The notes below the pieces were generated by a model. It had not been told where the DNA came from, made no database searches, and saw only the letters and a list, made by a program, of their open reading frames with translations. A stretch of DNA of 64,000 bases, taken from the IMG/VR virus record IMGVR_UViG_3300037418_000929, one strand, 5' to 3'. This document shows positions 26,666-38,300 of the stretch, in pieces. Within the stretch, counting starts at the first letter, position 1; every line of letters begins with the position of its first letter. The stretch comes from an uncultured virus (IMG/VR IMGVR_UViG_3300037418_000929) (lineage: Duplodnaviria > Heunggongvirae > Uroviricota > Caudoviricetes). The translations under genes and the position numbers were made by a program.

Positions 26666-27348
26666 TGGACCCGATGCAGCTTTTGATGATGCGGCAGCGT
26701 CCCGGAGGCATGTTCGGAAGCGGAATGCCCATGCAGCAGCCCGCGATGCAGCCAGCCCCAACGCAGGGCCAGCTTCCTCCGACCGATCCCGCGCAGCAGC
26801 CTGACCAACGGCAGCATCTGGACCCGGTATTCACACAACAGTTCACCATGCCGCCGCCGCAGCCCCAAGGGGGCATGTTCGGCAACGGCAAGTTCGGCAT
26901 CGGACAGGCGCTCGTCGCCGCGCTGAACGGCTACCTCGCTGGCACCGGCAATCCTGTCGGCATGGCGAACATCCAGATGATGCAGCAGATGGCGCTGCGC
27001 AAGCAGCAGCGGCAGCAGGAGCTTGACGACTACAATCGCAAGCGCGCCGATGACCGCAGCGATTTCACGTTTGAGCAGGACTACAAGGCCGCGCATCCCG
27101 CGCACGTGAACAACGACACGGTGGCGGATTACAACTTCTGGAAGAGTGTTCTCCCGCCAGACCAGTTCCAACAGTATGTCGCCAACAAGGTAAACCCGCC
27201 ACAGCTGATGGAAGTGCCCGGCGTCGGGATTGTTTCAGTCCCCCGCATGGCCCCGCAGCAGGGCGTCCCGAGTGCGCCCGTTGGTAAGCTCACCCCACTA
27301 GGAGCGGGAGGTCCGACGCCGAGTGCGTCGGGTGGCTTTCCTTACTAA
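26665..27348 (+). CDS. Putative ejection protein
   Basis: Gln/Pro-rich; position. Confidence 0.6.
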   Translation: MDPMQLLMMRQRPGGMFGSGMPMQQPAMQPAPTQGQLPPTDPAQQPDQRQHLDPVFTQQFTMPPPQPQGGMFGNGKFGIGQALVAALNGYLAGTGNPVGMANIQMMQQMALRKQQRQQELDDYNRKRADDRSDFTFEQDYKAAHPAHVNNDTVADYNFWKSVLPPDQFQQYVANKVNPPQLMEVPGVGIVSVPRMAPQQGVPSAPVGKLTPLGAGGPTPSASGGFPY

Positions 27349-27664
27349 CAACCCCGGCGCTCTCCGCGTTCCGGGATCGATGCAGTTCCAGCGCTTCTCG
27401 TCACCGCAGCAGGGCATCGACGCGCAAGAGGCATTGCTGGGGCGCTACATGGGTCGGGGACTCAATAACGTCGCCAGCATCGTCGAGCGCTACGCGCCTC
27501 GCCAGAGCCGGGGCGGCGACAACACCGACGAGCAAGTGAACAATTACATCGGCTACGTCGCCAAGCGGCTGAACGTGAGCCCGACCGACGCGCTTTCGCC
27601 CGCCATGCTCCCTCGCCTCGGACAGGCGATGCGCGAGTTCGAGACGGGCAAGAGGGGATATTGA
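27323..27664 (+). CDS. Lysozyme-like virion protein
   Basis: NNPG..R...F.S...G...Y...G...V..IV.RYAP...NT..Y..YVA. Confidence 0.65.
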   Translation: MRRVAFLTNNPGALRVPGSMQFQRFSSPQQGIDAQEALLGRYMGRGLNNVASIVERYAPRQSRGGDNTDEQVNNYIGYVAKRLNVSPTDALSPAMLPRLGQAMREFETGKRGY

Positions 27665-30312
27665 TGGCAGGACCGCAACTGGCCCAAGACGAGGCCGGAA
27701 ACATCTGGGATGTGAGCGGCGCACAGCCTCGCCTTGTGAAGCCTGCGCAGGCGTCTGGCCCGAACGTCGTTGTTCCCGCCGCGCCCGCAAAGCCCGAGTT
27801 CGTCCCCGGCAACCCGAACCTCGTTTACACGCCCGGCCAGGGTGTGAGTTCGCTGCCCGGCGTTCCCGCGCCAGCGGCCCCCGCTCCGAACTTCGTCCCC
27901 GGAAAGCCCGGCTTCGTCGTTGGCGGCTCGCCGAACGCGCCGCAGGCTGTGCCGATTGCCGGACTGCCCGCTGACGGGCCGCAGCTCGACGCGTCCGTTC
28001 GTCAGAAGGCCATCCAGCAATACGGCTACGCACAGCAGCTCGACGCCGTTGCCGATCACCTGAACGAGCTTTTCATCAAGGGACCGGGATCAACGGGCGG
28101 GATTGAGGGTCTGAAGGACTTCCTCCCGTCGGCGACCAACAAGAACTTCGACGCGGAGGCGAATAAGTCGCGCGGCATCATCGGCCAGTCCCTCGGATTT
28201 ACGGGCGGCCAGCTCAACACCGAGCGCGAGGCCGAAAAGGCGGTTGGTCCGTATATTCCGGAATCGAGCAACTTCGACTCCACGATCGAACAGAAGATAC
28301 AATCGATGCGCGATCTCGCGCAGAACGCCCGCGAGACGGCCATCCAGACGCTCGGCGGCGTCCCTATGCCGAACGGCACGGTGCGCCCTGCAACCCCTCA
28401 AGACTTCATCACCCCGTCAGCGGCGCTTCCGCCTGTCACCATGCCGTCCAGCGGCGACCAAGTGGACTTTGCGACCGGAAAGACGCGCGACGTTATCGAC
28501 CCGGTTCTGAAAGCGACGGGCGGCAAAGTCGGTAAGATGATTGCGGACGGGACGCCCGACGCACAGATCATGAGTTTTCTGAAGCAGAGTGGAGTCGATC
28601 CGGCAAACACGAACGTCGGCGAGTTGCTTCAGTATCGGGCCGGCAAGAAGTCGTTTCCGAGCGTGCCGAGCTTCAAGGAGTGGCAGCGCGCCAATCCTGG
28701 GCAGGCTTATCCGATCGGTCCCGCGTTCTATACCAAGTCCGTTCCGATGACGCCCGACCGCCAAATCCTAAACAAGGCGGCAGCCAGCAATCTCGGCGGC
28801 GCGGCTATTGGGGCTGGCGTTGCCGCGACGAACGCGGTGACGGGCGGGTATCTCAACGACCTCACGCAAGACCCCGCAGCCGCACAGACCGGCATGGACC
28901 TGCTGCGCGGCAGACATCCCGTTGCATCGCTCGTGGGGGACGTTGCTGGACAGGCTGCGCTGGAAGGCATGGCAGGCGGCGTTCCCGGCGTCGGAAAGCT
29001 GTTGGCGATGCGTTATGGCCGCCCCACTGCGGACGCGCTTTACGGCGCATTTTCGGGCTCTGGCGAAAGCGATGACAACCGTGGGGTTGGCGCTGCGCTC
29101 GGTGGTGTGTCGGGCCTCGGCTTCGGAGCATTGGGGCGCGGCGTTCAAAGGGCTGTCGGCGGTCTGGCGACTGGCGTTACCAATCCAGCGCTCCAGCGTC
29201 TCGACAACCTCGGCGTTCCGCTGACGGTCGGGCGCATCGGGCGTGGCTCGAACAGCACTATCGGGCACATCGTCGGCGGGATCGAGGATCGCGCGGCGGG
29301 GCTTCCCGGCTTCGATGCGGTTATCAATACCGCCCGCAAGCGTGGTGACGTTGGATTCAACCAAGCCGCGTTCAAAGAGGCTGGCGGCTCGGGAGCGACC
29401 GGAGCTGCGGGACTGGACGAACTCGCCAACCTCCGCACCAAGGCCTACGACTTCCTCAATCCGCTTCAACTCCCGATCGATGCGCAGTTCGCGGGTTCTC
29501 AGGCGGGGGTTCGTGCGGCGATCCCCGATATGCCCGCGTTCGGGTCCGAAGTCGGCAAGGGCCTCGACCAGATCGACCGTGTTTCGGCGAACGGATTGCT
29601 GAATGGGCGGGATTTCCAGTCTGCGCTGAGCGACACGAAAGCGAACCGTTCATCCATTGCTGGAGCGCCGTTTTCGCGCAACGCGGTGAACGCCCTGAAG
29701 GACGTTGAGGACAATCTTCAGCAACTCGCCGCCCGTCAGGGGCCGCAGGGCACGCTGGACGCGCTCAACGCCGCCAACAGGCTCCACGCGCAGACGGAAA
29801 CACTCGCCTCGGCGCTCGACAACGGCCCGACGCAGAAGGGCGATCAAATCTTCAGCGCTGGCAGGCTGGACGACGCTTCACGCGTGAACACGCGCAAGTT
29901 CGGTGGTCGGTTGGCGTCACTTACGGGGGTCAATCGTCCGTTCTACGACCTGACCCAAGCCGGGAATGAGGTCATGCCCAACCTTACGCCGGATTCAGGG
30001 ACGGCGGGGCGGATGCTTCTTGTCCCGCTCGCGTCCAGCGCAATCGGCGGGACAGCGGGCGCGGCCTTGGGTGATGATCGCCTAAAAGACGGGCAGTTCG
30101 GCGCGGGATACGGCGCGCTGCTCGGGCTTGCGGCTATGGGACCATACAGCAAGACTGGACAGAAGATCATCCAGAAGGCGCTTCTAGCGGACAGGCCGGA
30201 CAGGCTGGTGCGGATCGGCAACTACATCATCAACGCCAACCCGAAGCTCGCGGGCATGTTCGGTTCGTCGCTCGGAAGGGACTTCATCTTCCAGCCCGAA
30301 CTAGCGCAGTAA
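27661..30312 (+). CDS. Large ejection (DNA transfer) protein
   Basis: 883 aa, Ala/Gly-rich, helical, PDSGTAGR motif; position. Confidence 0.7.
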   Translation: MMAGPQLAQDEAGNIWDVSGAQPRLVKPAQASGPNVVVPAAPAKPEFVPGNPNLVYTPGQGVSSLPGVPAPAAPAPNFVPGKPGFVVGGSPNAPQAVPIAGLPADGPQLDASVRQKAIQQYGYAQQLDAVADHLNELFIKGPGSTGGIEGLKDFLPSATNKNFDAEANKSRGIIGQSLGFTGGQLNTEREAEKAVGPYIPESSNFDSTIEQKIQSMRDLAQNARETAIQTLGGVPMPNGTVRPATPQDFITPSAALPPVTMPSSGDQVDFATGKTRDVIDPVLKATGGKVGKMIADGTPDAQIMSFLKQSGVDPANTNVGELLQYRAGKKSFPSVPSFKEWQRANPGQAYPIGPAFYTKSVPMTPDRQILNKAAASNLGGAAIGAGVAATNAVTGGYLNDLTQDPAAAQTGMDLLRGRHPVASLVGDVAGQAALEGMAGGVPGVGKLLAMRYGRPTADALYGAFSGSGESDDNRGVGAALGGVSGLGFGALGRGVQRAVGGLATGVTNPALQRLDNLGVPLTVGRIGRGSNSTIGHIVGGIEDRAAGLPGFDAVINTARKRGDVGFNQAAFKEAGGSGATGAAGLDELANLRTKAYDFLNPLQLPIDAQFAGSQAGVRAAIPDMPAFGSEVGKGLDQIDRVSANGLLNGRDFQSALSDTKANRSSIAGAPFSRNAVNALKDVEDNLQQLAARQGPQGTLDALNAANRLHAQTETLASALDNGPTQKGDQIFSAGRLDDASRVNTRKFGGRLASLTGVNRPFYDLTQAGNEVMPNLTPDSGTAGRMLLVPLASSAIGGTAGAALGDDRLKDGQFGAGYGALLGLAAMGPYSKTGQKIIQKALLADRPDRLVRIGNYIINANPKLAGMFGSSLGRDFIFQPELAQ

Positions 30313-30666
30313 CCACCCGATAAACAGCAACAGAGCGGCACCGAAGATCACGAGCCGGAATGCGGTCCAGGAGCCGCTCACAATCGCTTTTCCAACGACA
30401 ACCGGCGGGATTTGGGGCTCGAACAATATCGCCTCGGCTCCGCACAAACCGTCCTGCGCCCTCGCCTTGCTGACTGGCGTATCGAAATGCTCGATCAGCC
30501 GCCCGCTGGCGGGCTCGAAGGTCATCTCAACATAGGCGGGGTTCCCGCAGGTGCCGAGTAGGGTCTTGTAACGACATTCCGAACACGGGGGGCCGGCCTC
30601 TCCCGCCTGTCTGGCGAGGGTCCGAACGGCTTCTAGACGCTCACGGGCGGCGGCGATCCGATCCAC
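30301..30666 (-). CDS. Antisense Cys-containing protein with C-terminal TM (moron-like)
   Basis: CSECRY...CGNP...CG; hydrophobic C-terminus. Confidence 0.55.
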   Translation of the reverse strand: MDRIAAARERLEAVRTLARQAGEAGPPCSECRYKTLLGTCGNPAYVEMTFEPASGRLIEHFDTPVSKARAQDGLCGAEAILFEPQIPPVVVGKAIVSGSWTAFRLVIFGAALLLFIGWLLR

Positions 30667-30712
30667 CGCCTGATTTTACCGAAAAACCTAATTCAAAACA
30701 ACGGAGAACGCC

Positions 30713-31045
30713 ATGGCGGTATCTGATTGGTCCACTGTGGCGGCCAACAATACGACCATCGAGGGCATCTCGGTCGCCGAGAACTGCCCTGCTGCGAACA
30801 TCAACGATGTCGCTCGGGCGATGGCGGCGGCGATCAAGTCGTTCTCACTTACTGTCGCTTCCCCGGCGGGCACTTATCTGCCGCTTGCTGGCGGGACGCT
30901 CACGGGGCAGATCGCCCGCTCCGGCTCCGGCGGATACCTCTACAATGCCGCATCGGCTCAGTCTGGCGGTGCGGTTTATGTCCTTCCCCAAGGCTCGGCG
31001 CTCCCCTCGTCTCCGCAAGAGGGCACGTTCGTGTTCTTCTATTGA
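30713..31045 (+). CDS. Tail fibre anchor-like protein
   Basis: WSTVAANN...ENCPAANINDVARAMAA, YLPLAGGTLTG. Confidence 0.65.
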   Translation: MAVSDWSTVAANNTTIEGISVAENCPAANINDVARAMAAAIKSFSLTVASPAGTYLPLAGGTLTGQIARSGSGGYLYNAASAQSGGAVYVLPQGSALPSSPQEGTFVFFY

Positions 31046-31593
31046 TGCAGATGCGCAAGGGCGGCGCGTGGCGCGAAACCACGTCGGCACAGGCCTATGT
31101 CAATCATGCGTGGCGGAAAATCCTCAGCGGCAAATGCTACGCGGACGGCGCTTGGCGCGATGTCTGCAATTTCACGGTCAGGCGCACACCGACCCCAACT
31201 CCAACACCCACTCCGACGCCGACTCCTACGTCAAGCCCGTCTCCGACGCTCAGCCTCAAGATCAGCCCGTCCAGCTTCGAGGTCAATTCCCTCCTTTCTC
31301 ATGCAACCTCGCCGAGCCTGACCGCCACGCCGAGCGGCGGCGCGGCTCCCTATTCCTACGCATGGTCATTCGCCCAGACGGATGGGACAGTAGCCATCAA
31401 CTCGCCCGCGTCGGCGAGCACCACGACGACCGCCAGCAACATTCCGCCGAACGGGACCGTGACCGTCAAGCTCAAGTGCGTCTGCCACGATAGCACGGGG
31501 CTTTCCGGGACCGCGACGAGCGGGCTCTGCACCTTCGATTACACGCCGGTCAATTCCGCGCCGTCCGGTGGCGAAAGCACCGGCACACCCTAG
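31045..31593 (+). CDS. Virion protein with (TP)n linker and Ig/PKD-like domain
   Basis: GGAWR repeats, TPTPTPTPTPTPTP, GGAAPYSYAW. Confidence 0.65.
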   Translation: MQMRKGGAWRETTSAQAYVNHAWRKILSGKCYADGAWRDVCNFTVRRTPTPTPTPTPTPTPTSSPSPTLSLKISPSSFEVNSLLSHATSPSLTATPSGGAAPYSYAWSFAQTDGTVAINSPASASTTTTASNIPPNGTVTVKLKCVCHDSTGLSGTATSGLCTFDYTPVNSAPSGGESTGTP

Positions 31594-31601
31594 AGGTCTG
31601 G

Positions 31602-32981
31602 ATGTTCCACTATTTCCAATCGATCACGGACAACAAGGGCAATGCGCTCGCCGGTTATTACGTCGGCCTCGTGCAGCCCGATCCGAACGACGATGACGGC
31701 GGCACTTCGCAGCCCATCTATGCCGATGATGCGGGCACCGCCATTGTCGCGGATTCGGGCGTCGATGGGCTCGCCAAGATCGACGATGCGGGCAACGTGT
31801 CTCTCTATGTTCCGATTGGAACCTATCACGTCGATATTTACGCACAGGATGCCGTAACGCGCCTGAAGAGAGTCCCCAACATTCCCATGCAATCGGGAGA
31901 ACCGGGGGATTCTGCGACGGTCGCCATCGGCACGGTGACAACGCTTCCGCCAGGCTCTCCGGCGACGGTTGCTAACGTCGGAACCGCAAGTGCCGTAATT
32001 CTCGATTTCGGCATTCCGATGGGCATTGCTGGATCGGGAACGACCTTCGTTTGGGGCGCAGCGACGGGCAACCTGTCGGACCAGTCGGACCTTCAGGCGG
32101 AGCTGGACCTCAAGGCTCCCCTGTCCTCACCGTCATTTTCGGGAACCGTCACCGCCCCCACGGCGGCCTTCGGAGACAATTCGACCAAGGTTGCGACGAC
32201 CGCGTTTGTCATGGCTAATGCGGCAGGCTTGAGTTCGCCCGCGTTCACCGGCACGCCCACGGCCCCAACTTCCGCCGACGACACGAACACCACCCAGATC
32301 GCAACGACCGCGTTTGTCGTCGGGCAGGCGTCCACGACCAATCCATTGATGAATGGGTCGGCGGCCGTTGGAACGTCGCTCAAATACGCCCGCGCGGATC
32401 ACGTCCATCCCACGGACACGTCGCGCGCCCCGCTCGCCTCTCCTGGCTTCACCGGCACTCCAACCGCCCCAACGGCTTCAGCGGGAACGAATACCACCCA
32501 ACTGGCGACATGCGCCTTCGTCCAGACCGCGCTTTCCAGCGTCTCTGACCCGTGGACAGTGGTCAAGCTGACCTCTGATGCAACGACCGCATCCTCCACG
32601 CTCGTAAGCACTGGATTGACCGTCTCGGGCACAAATTTCCTCGGCAACCATTATTACGAGTTCGTCGCGCAGATCAGCGCGAAGGTTTCGGCCAACAATC
32701 TCAGGATTGCGCTGGTTTGGCCGTCCGGCGTCACCGGAAGCGCCTCCATATCGTGCGCTCTTTCGGGCGCGGTCGTTGCTGCTGGCGGCGACAATACGGC
32801 AACGATTACGACCGCCAACATCGCTGCCATCGGCGCATTCGCGCCAGTGACCATTCGCGGTCAATTCTACACCGGTTCGCTCGCCGCCACAGGCAGCCTC
32901 GACATCAAATACGAGAACAGCGGCGGCCCCGCCACAGTCACGATCAGCAAGGGCAGCGTCCTTCGCTACCGCGCCCTCTAA
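31602..32981 (+). CDS. Tail fibre protein
   Basis: Three F.GT.TAPT....N.T..AT.AFV fibre repeats. Confidence 0.85.
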   Translation: MFHYFQSITDNKGNALAGYYVGLVQPDPNDDDGGTSQPIYADDAGTAIVADSGVDGLAKIDDAGNVSLYVPIGTYHVDIYAQDAVTRLKRVPNIPMQSGEPGDSATVAIGTVTTLPPGSPATVANVGTASAVILDFGIPMGIAGSGTTFVWGAATGNLSDQSDLQAELDLKAPLSSPSFSGTVTAPTAAFGDNSTKVATTAFVMANAAGLSSPAFTGTPTAPTSADDTNTTQIATTAFVVGQASTTNPLMNGSAAVGTSLKYARADHVHPTDTSRAPLASPGFTGTPTAPTASAGTNTTQLATCAFVQTALSSVSDPWTVVKLTSDATTASSTLVSTGLTVSGTNFLGNHYYEFVAQISAKVSANNLRIALVWPSGVTGSASISCALSGAVVAAGGDNTATITTANIAAIGAFAPVTIRGQFYTGSLAATGSLDIKYENSGGPATVTISKGSVLRYRAL

Positions 32982-32998
32982 TTCACTGAGGAACATCC

Positions 32999-35338
32999 AT
33001 GACCCTTCGCGTGAGGCACGCCAAGGTCGCTGTCAGCTCCGACAGCGGCGACGGCAAGGTTTCGTCCAACGCCTGGAACGACGATCACGTTCTTTCGGGA
33101 ACGGCGAACATGGTCCTCGGCTTCGACAGTAATGGCGAAGCGACCGAGATTGATCCGTCCACCTTTGCGTCTGCTGCGAGTTCTGTTGCTGACCGGACAG
33201 CCCTCGCCGCCCTCTCCGACACAAGTCGCCCCATCTACCTCCGCGAGGCTGGCCGTGAGGGCATGTTCGTTTTCAACAGCTCAGACCTGTCAGCCGAAGT
33301 CACCGCCGACCACGACCATCAGGGCATCTACGTCCCGGCGACAACCGACACTACGGGCGCATCCGGCGCATGGGTGCGGCATCCGGGGATCGACACTTGG
33401 GTCCATGCCAAGTGGTTCGGCGTTTCTGCTACTTCCTCAGATAACTATGCCGCGCTGAACGGGGCGCGGGCCGTCGCCTCCCTACTCAAAAGGACGCTTC
33501 TACTTCCCGACGGCACGCTGACGGTGAATCAGGCCGCGCCGAACTTCCCGCTGGATGACGGTGAACAAATCGTTGGTCCGGGTGAAAGCCGCACCACTCT
33601 CTACTTCACGGGCTTGGGCGCAGCTGGTGAAGTGTTCACGGCGACCGGGAAGTCCGGCATTCGCCTTTCTGGCTTCAAGATGGCCGCGAGCGAGCTTCAG
33701 GTGAGCGGCCAAGTCGCCATGAGTCTGCGTGACTGCATCGACTGCGATGTTGAAGATATCGTGTTCGACAAGTGGACGAACAACGCGGTCTTTTGGCAGT
33801 CTGCCAACCTCGTCCCCCCGCAGGCAATCAATCTTCGGAACAGCGCGAGGCGCTGCGTCTCTCTTTCGTCACGCAGCTACGCCTTTTTCATGGATTTCGC
33901 GACGGCCTGCGAGTTCGTGGATTGCTACGCTTATAACGTCTCCAACCAAGACGGCTTTAAGGCCGGGGGCGGCTCATACAACTGCAAGATCGACAGGTGC
34001 CATGCCGTTGACTGCAATGGCGACGGCTTCGATACCTACGATGGCTTCATTGCCTCCACGCTGTCAAACTGCACGTCGTTCAGCAACACATCGAACGGGT
34101 TTCAGCTCAAGGGCACGCTTGGCGGCACCTACACGGCTGGCGATTACGTCACCCGCGAAAGCACCTATTCCAACCTCATCGCGGCCAACAACGGGCTCGC
34201 CGGCTTTCTGATGCAGGAAATGAGGCTGGGGACGGCCTCTAACCTGATCGCCACAGGCAACGGGACCAGCGGCTTCATTCTCAACAACGTGCAGGGCATG
34301 AGCTTATCTTCGTGCCTTGCCGACCGGAATACGCAGCACGGCTGGAGTCTGATCGGGAATACGTCGCGCTGCACCTTCTCGTCCTGTAGTGCAATCGACA
34401 ATAGCTATGTTGACGGTACTACGCAGAACGGCACTTACGACGGCTGGAACTTCGGCGCTGCGCCGAATAACTATTTCTCGAATTGCTATAGCGGGCAGGG
34501 AACCCAGGCCGGCAAGCTCGGCGGGCAGGGCTACGGCTTCAACCTGCTCACTTCTAGCGGCAACCATTTTGTTGGCGGGGGCGCGGGCGTCAATGTCACT
34601 GGGGCCGTCGGCGGGACCAATCCCTTCACCAACAACACTTTTGTGGCGTTCGACGCCTCGGGCACGTTCATCAGCGTTCCCGATGCCTCGATAACGCTCG
34701 CGAAAATCCAGAACGCTTCCGCCAATTCAAAGCTCCTCGGCTCGGGCGCAACTGGATCGGGCGCACCTTATAGCGAAATCACGCTCGGCACCGGTCTGTC
34801 GATGTCGGGGACGACGCTCAGCGCGACGGGCGGCGGCGGGCTTTCGGACGGCGACAAGGGCGATATTGTCGTTTCCGGCACCGGTGCGACGTGGACCATC
34901 GATTCCAGTGTCCTGACCACTGCTGGTCGGGCGCTCATCGACGATGTGGACACGGCGGCCCAGAGGACGACGCTCGGGCTCGGGACTGCGGCAACGCAGG
35001 CGTCCACCGCCTTTGCGCCCGCCGCGCCGCAAATTCAGGCCGTCACATCCTCGGCCACAGTCACCCCCACGTTCTCGAACGATCAGGTCAACATCACCGC
35101 GCAGGCTGTCGGGCTCACCCTCGCCAACCCATCGGGGACAGCCGTTGACGGGTGGGGCATCGTCATTCGGATCAAGGACAACGGATCCTCTCAGAGCATT
35201 GCCTACGGAACGCAATATCGCGCCGTTGGGGTGACGCTCCCCACGGCAACAGCGGCGGGCAAGGTCCACTATCTCGGCTGCGTCTGGAACGCGGCGGCGA
35301 CGAAGCTCGACGTTCTCGCGGTCGCGCAGGAAGCGTAG
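32999..35338 (+). CDS. Tailspike with pectate-lyase-like beta-helix
   Basis: AKWFGV...DNYAAL...LPDGT and N/G/C-rich parallel beta-helix repeats. Confidence 0.85.
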   Translation: MTLRVRHAKVAVSSDSGDGKVSSNAWNDDHVLSGTANMVLGFDSNGEATEIDPSTFASAASSVADRTALAALSDTSRPIYLREAGREGMFVFNSSDLSAEVTADHDHQGIYVPATTDTTGASGAWVRHPGIDTWVHAKWFGVSATSSDNYAALNGARAVASLLKRTLLLPDGTLTVNQAAPNFPLDDGEQIVGPGESRTTLYFTGLGAAGEVFTATGKSGIRLSGFKMAASELQVSGQVAMSLRDCIDCDVEDIVFDKWTNNAVFWQSANLVPPQAINLRNSARRCVSLSSRSYAFFMDFATACEFVDCYAYNVSNQDGFKAGGGSYNCKIDRCHAVDCNGDGFDTYDGFIASTLSNCTSFSNTSNGFQLKGTLGGTYTAGDYVTRESTYSNLIAANNGLAGFLMQEMRLGTASNLIATGNGTSGFILNNVQGMSLSSCLADRNTQHGWSLIGNTSRCTFSSCSAIDNSYVDGTTQNGTYDGWNFGAAPNNYFSNCYSGQGTQAGKLGGQGYGFNLLTSSGNHFVGGGAGVNVTGAVGGTNPFTNNTFVAFDASGTFISVPDASITLAKIQNASANSKLLGSGATGSGAPYSEITLGTGLSMSGTTLSATGGGGLSDGDKGDIVVSGTGATWTIDSSVLTTAGRALIDDVDTAAQRTTLGLGTAATQASTAFAPAAPQIQAVTSSATVTPTFSNDQVNITAQAVGLTLANPSGTAVDGWGIVIRIKDNGSSQSIAYGTQYRAVGVTLPTATAAGKVHYLGCVWNAAATKLDVLAVAQEA

Positions 35339-35339
35339 C

Positions 35340-38300
35340 GTGAAGCCAATCCATATCCTGCGGACGCGGACGGCTCTTAGCACGGGCGTCGTTCCTACGA
35401 CCATCCTCTACGGGCGCACGGCAGGACATAGTTCTGGAACCACCTTCGATTACATCGTTGACAGCATCAACGGTGACGACACGACGGGCACCGGCTCTCT
35501 GGCAGCGCCGTTCAAAACCACGACCAAGGCGCACACGGTTGCCGTCGCGGCGGGCGGAAACAAGAAGATCGCGCTCAGGGGGCATCAGGGGCAAATCTAC
35601 ACCGCCGCGATCACCTGCACCACCAACGGGATCGAGTTCCACGGCTACGATACCGAACAGCCCAAGTGGCGCGGCTCCTATACCGTCACCGGGTTTGCAC
35701 AATGCACCGCCGGGGATGCTTCGGTCGTCGGCTCCAACTACGCGTCGATCTACAAAGCGACATTCGCGACCAGCAATCTTGCTTCTGGCGTTTCGTTCAA
35801 CAGCTTGCTTCCGCTTGAGAACGGCACTCCGCTCAACCTCGTCCAACTCCGGCACGACACGAGCGATCTGTATTTCCAGGACGCTATCGACGCCTTCTAT
35901 TCGTCAACGATCTATGGCGACAGCGTTACCATCGGGCTTGACGGATCGTCGCATCCCTCAACCGTCACCCATGCTGCCGTCCTCGGCAACGGAACGACGC
36001 CCTACACCGACGCGCAGCTCTCCAATTGCTCAATCATGCTCCACGCCTCTGCGAACAAGGCGCAGTTGGTCAAGGTCGCAACCAGTTCCAGCGGCGTTCT
36101 CACGCTCGCGGCGAACACGCTTACCAAGGAAACCGTTCGCGGCGATTGCTACGCGCTGCTGAACCTCCTTCCGGCGCTGTCTGTCGGCGAATACGGCGTG
36201 AAGGACAACGGCGACGGGACGTGGACGCTCTACATCTGGCCGAACAATCCAGCGAACCTCTCTGCGGGCGTACCGGTCGCATCTAAAAACACGATTCTCA
36301 AGTTCTCGCAGTCATCCAGCAACGCGGTTTCGAACATCGAGTTCGGGCACTGTGCGCACTCGGATACCACCGCCACGGTCGCCACTGTCGTTTTCGACCG
36401 CACCACAAATGGTTCTTTCAAGCAGAACACCGTCCAGTATTACAGCTACAAGGACTTCATCGGCAACGGCGGTGTGATCGTCGTCGGCGGGACCAGCAAT
36501 GTCATCCAATACAATGACATCAAGCAGGGCCAGAACGATTTCGGCGTGTTCTTCAACAACAGCAGCTATAGCCCGAGCGGCAATCGTTGCCTCAACAACT
36601 ACGCCTACCGGACCTCGCTGACCGCATGGCGGTTCTATGGTCAAGTCCTCATCGCGGCAGTCGATAATAAGGCTGAGAACTGCGGAACTGGCGGACACGC
36701 GAACAAGATCAATTTCTATCTCGGCTGTGACCAGGTTCTCTGCTGGCGCAACCTGTTTATCAATTGTGGCGGCTACATGACATGCCAGCAGTCCTCGCGG
36801 ATGCTGTTCGGCATGAACCTCGCCCCCGCCGATTCTGGAACAACCGATGCCCGCGCATTCGTTGACCAGACTGCGGATATTTCGCCCCCCGTCCCGACCA
36901 CCACCTCGAACAACGGGCTCATCAACAACGCTTTCCCGAAGCCTTCGGCCAATACTGGCGCGACGGGGCCGGACGCCCTCGTGGCGACCAATTCCAGCAC
37001 GCTCTACACAGTGAATTGGGAAATAGCGAACAACGCCGCGCACGGCATCCAATACAGTCATGTCGTCTCGACGCCGGACTACAATGTGCTGATGAGGGGC
37101 ACGGCCATCGGCGCGAACGATACCGTCGATACGAACTATGACGATCTGTTTTACGACTATACGAACGGCAACTGGAATACCGTTCCCGGCTCGATCCTGA
37201 CCACAAAGACGGGCAAGGACGAAAGCGCGTTTATTGCGACTTGGGAGACGTGGTTCCCCGACATCAATCTGCGCATGACGCTTAACGGCTACGCTTGGGA
37301 CCCGGCTGATCCCGGCGACGGGCCCTACGGCAAGCATTGGCCGGTCCAGGTCGACACCACCGCGCCGACGCTTTCGAGCCTCTCGGCGACGATCTCTGGG
37401 ACTTCCGCATCGGTCACGGTCACAACGAACGAGCGCGGCGGCACACTCTATTGGGTGCGTTATAACGGCGGCTCCGTTCCTTCTGGCGCGCAGGTTGTCG
37501 CCGGTCTGAACGGCGCTGGCGGCGCGGCGCTCTCGTCTGGTAATTTCGCGGTCTCCAATCCCGGCTCATTGGGGCCGTGGAGCGTCTCCGGAACAGCCGG
37601 CCAGACGGACACTCTCGCGGTCGTCCACAAGGATCGCAGCGGCAATATCTCCGCAGTCGTCACGACCCCGCTTGCCTTCGCGGCGTTCAGCGAAGTGTGG
37701 ACGAGCATGAACGGGACGAACTTCCCGCGTAAGTCGTCTGCGCTCACCGGATTCCAGACCACCACGCGCAAGATGATCGCGGCGATCACGCTCAGCCGGT
37801 CAGCGGCGCAGCTGGCGGTGGCGAGCAGCGGCGGCCTGATGTTTGCCAATGGCTCCTCGGACAGCGTTCCAACCTGGACATTGGGCGGGACGAGCAAGCT
37901 CCAGATTCTTCAAGAGAAGTCGGACAATACCGCGTTCGCCAATGTCATCGTGCCGCCCTCGACCAACATGGTCGCGGATACGCACTATCTCTTGCTGATC
38001 TGCTTTCAGTCGAACGGCACAAGCGCGACCCTCAACGGCACCATGTGGAACATTGCGACAGGCGTGCAGCTCGGAGGCACCGGCACGACGGGCGCGGTCT
38101 CTGGCGACATCAGCCTCGTGTTCAAGAACAATTACGACATCTTCAAGGGCGCTGCGACCTATGAGCGGTTCATGCTTTGGGATAATCCAAGCATCGCTTC
38201 GCCCGATGCGACAGATGCAACCCTGCGCGGCTATTTCATGTCCGGCGGCGCATTGCTCGATCCCGCCACGGCTGCGGCGAACATCGGCACTCCGTTGATT

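Noticed and set aside
27323..27348. Programmed frameshift fusing the ejection protein to the lysozyme-like ORF
   Set aside because: A GGGAGG RBS 10 nt before the GTG at 27323 explains independent initiation; no canonical slippery heptamer
31188..31230. DNA tandem repeat
   Set aside because: Codons are degenerate; it is a protein-level Thr-Pro linker
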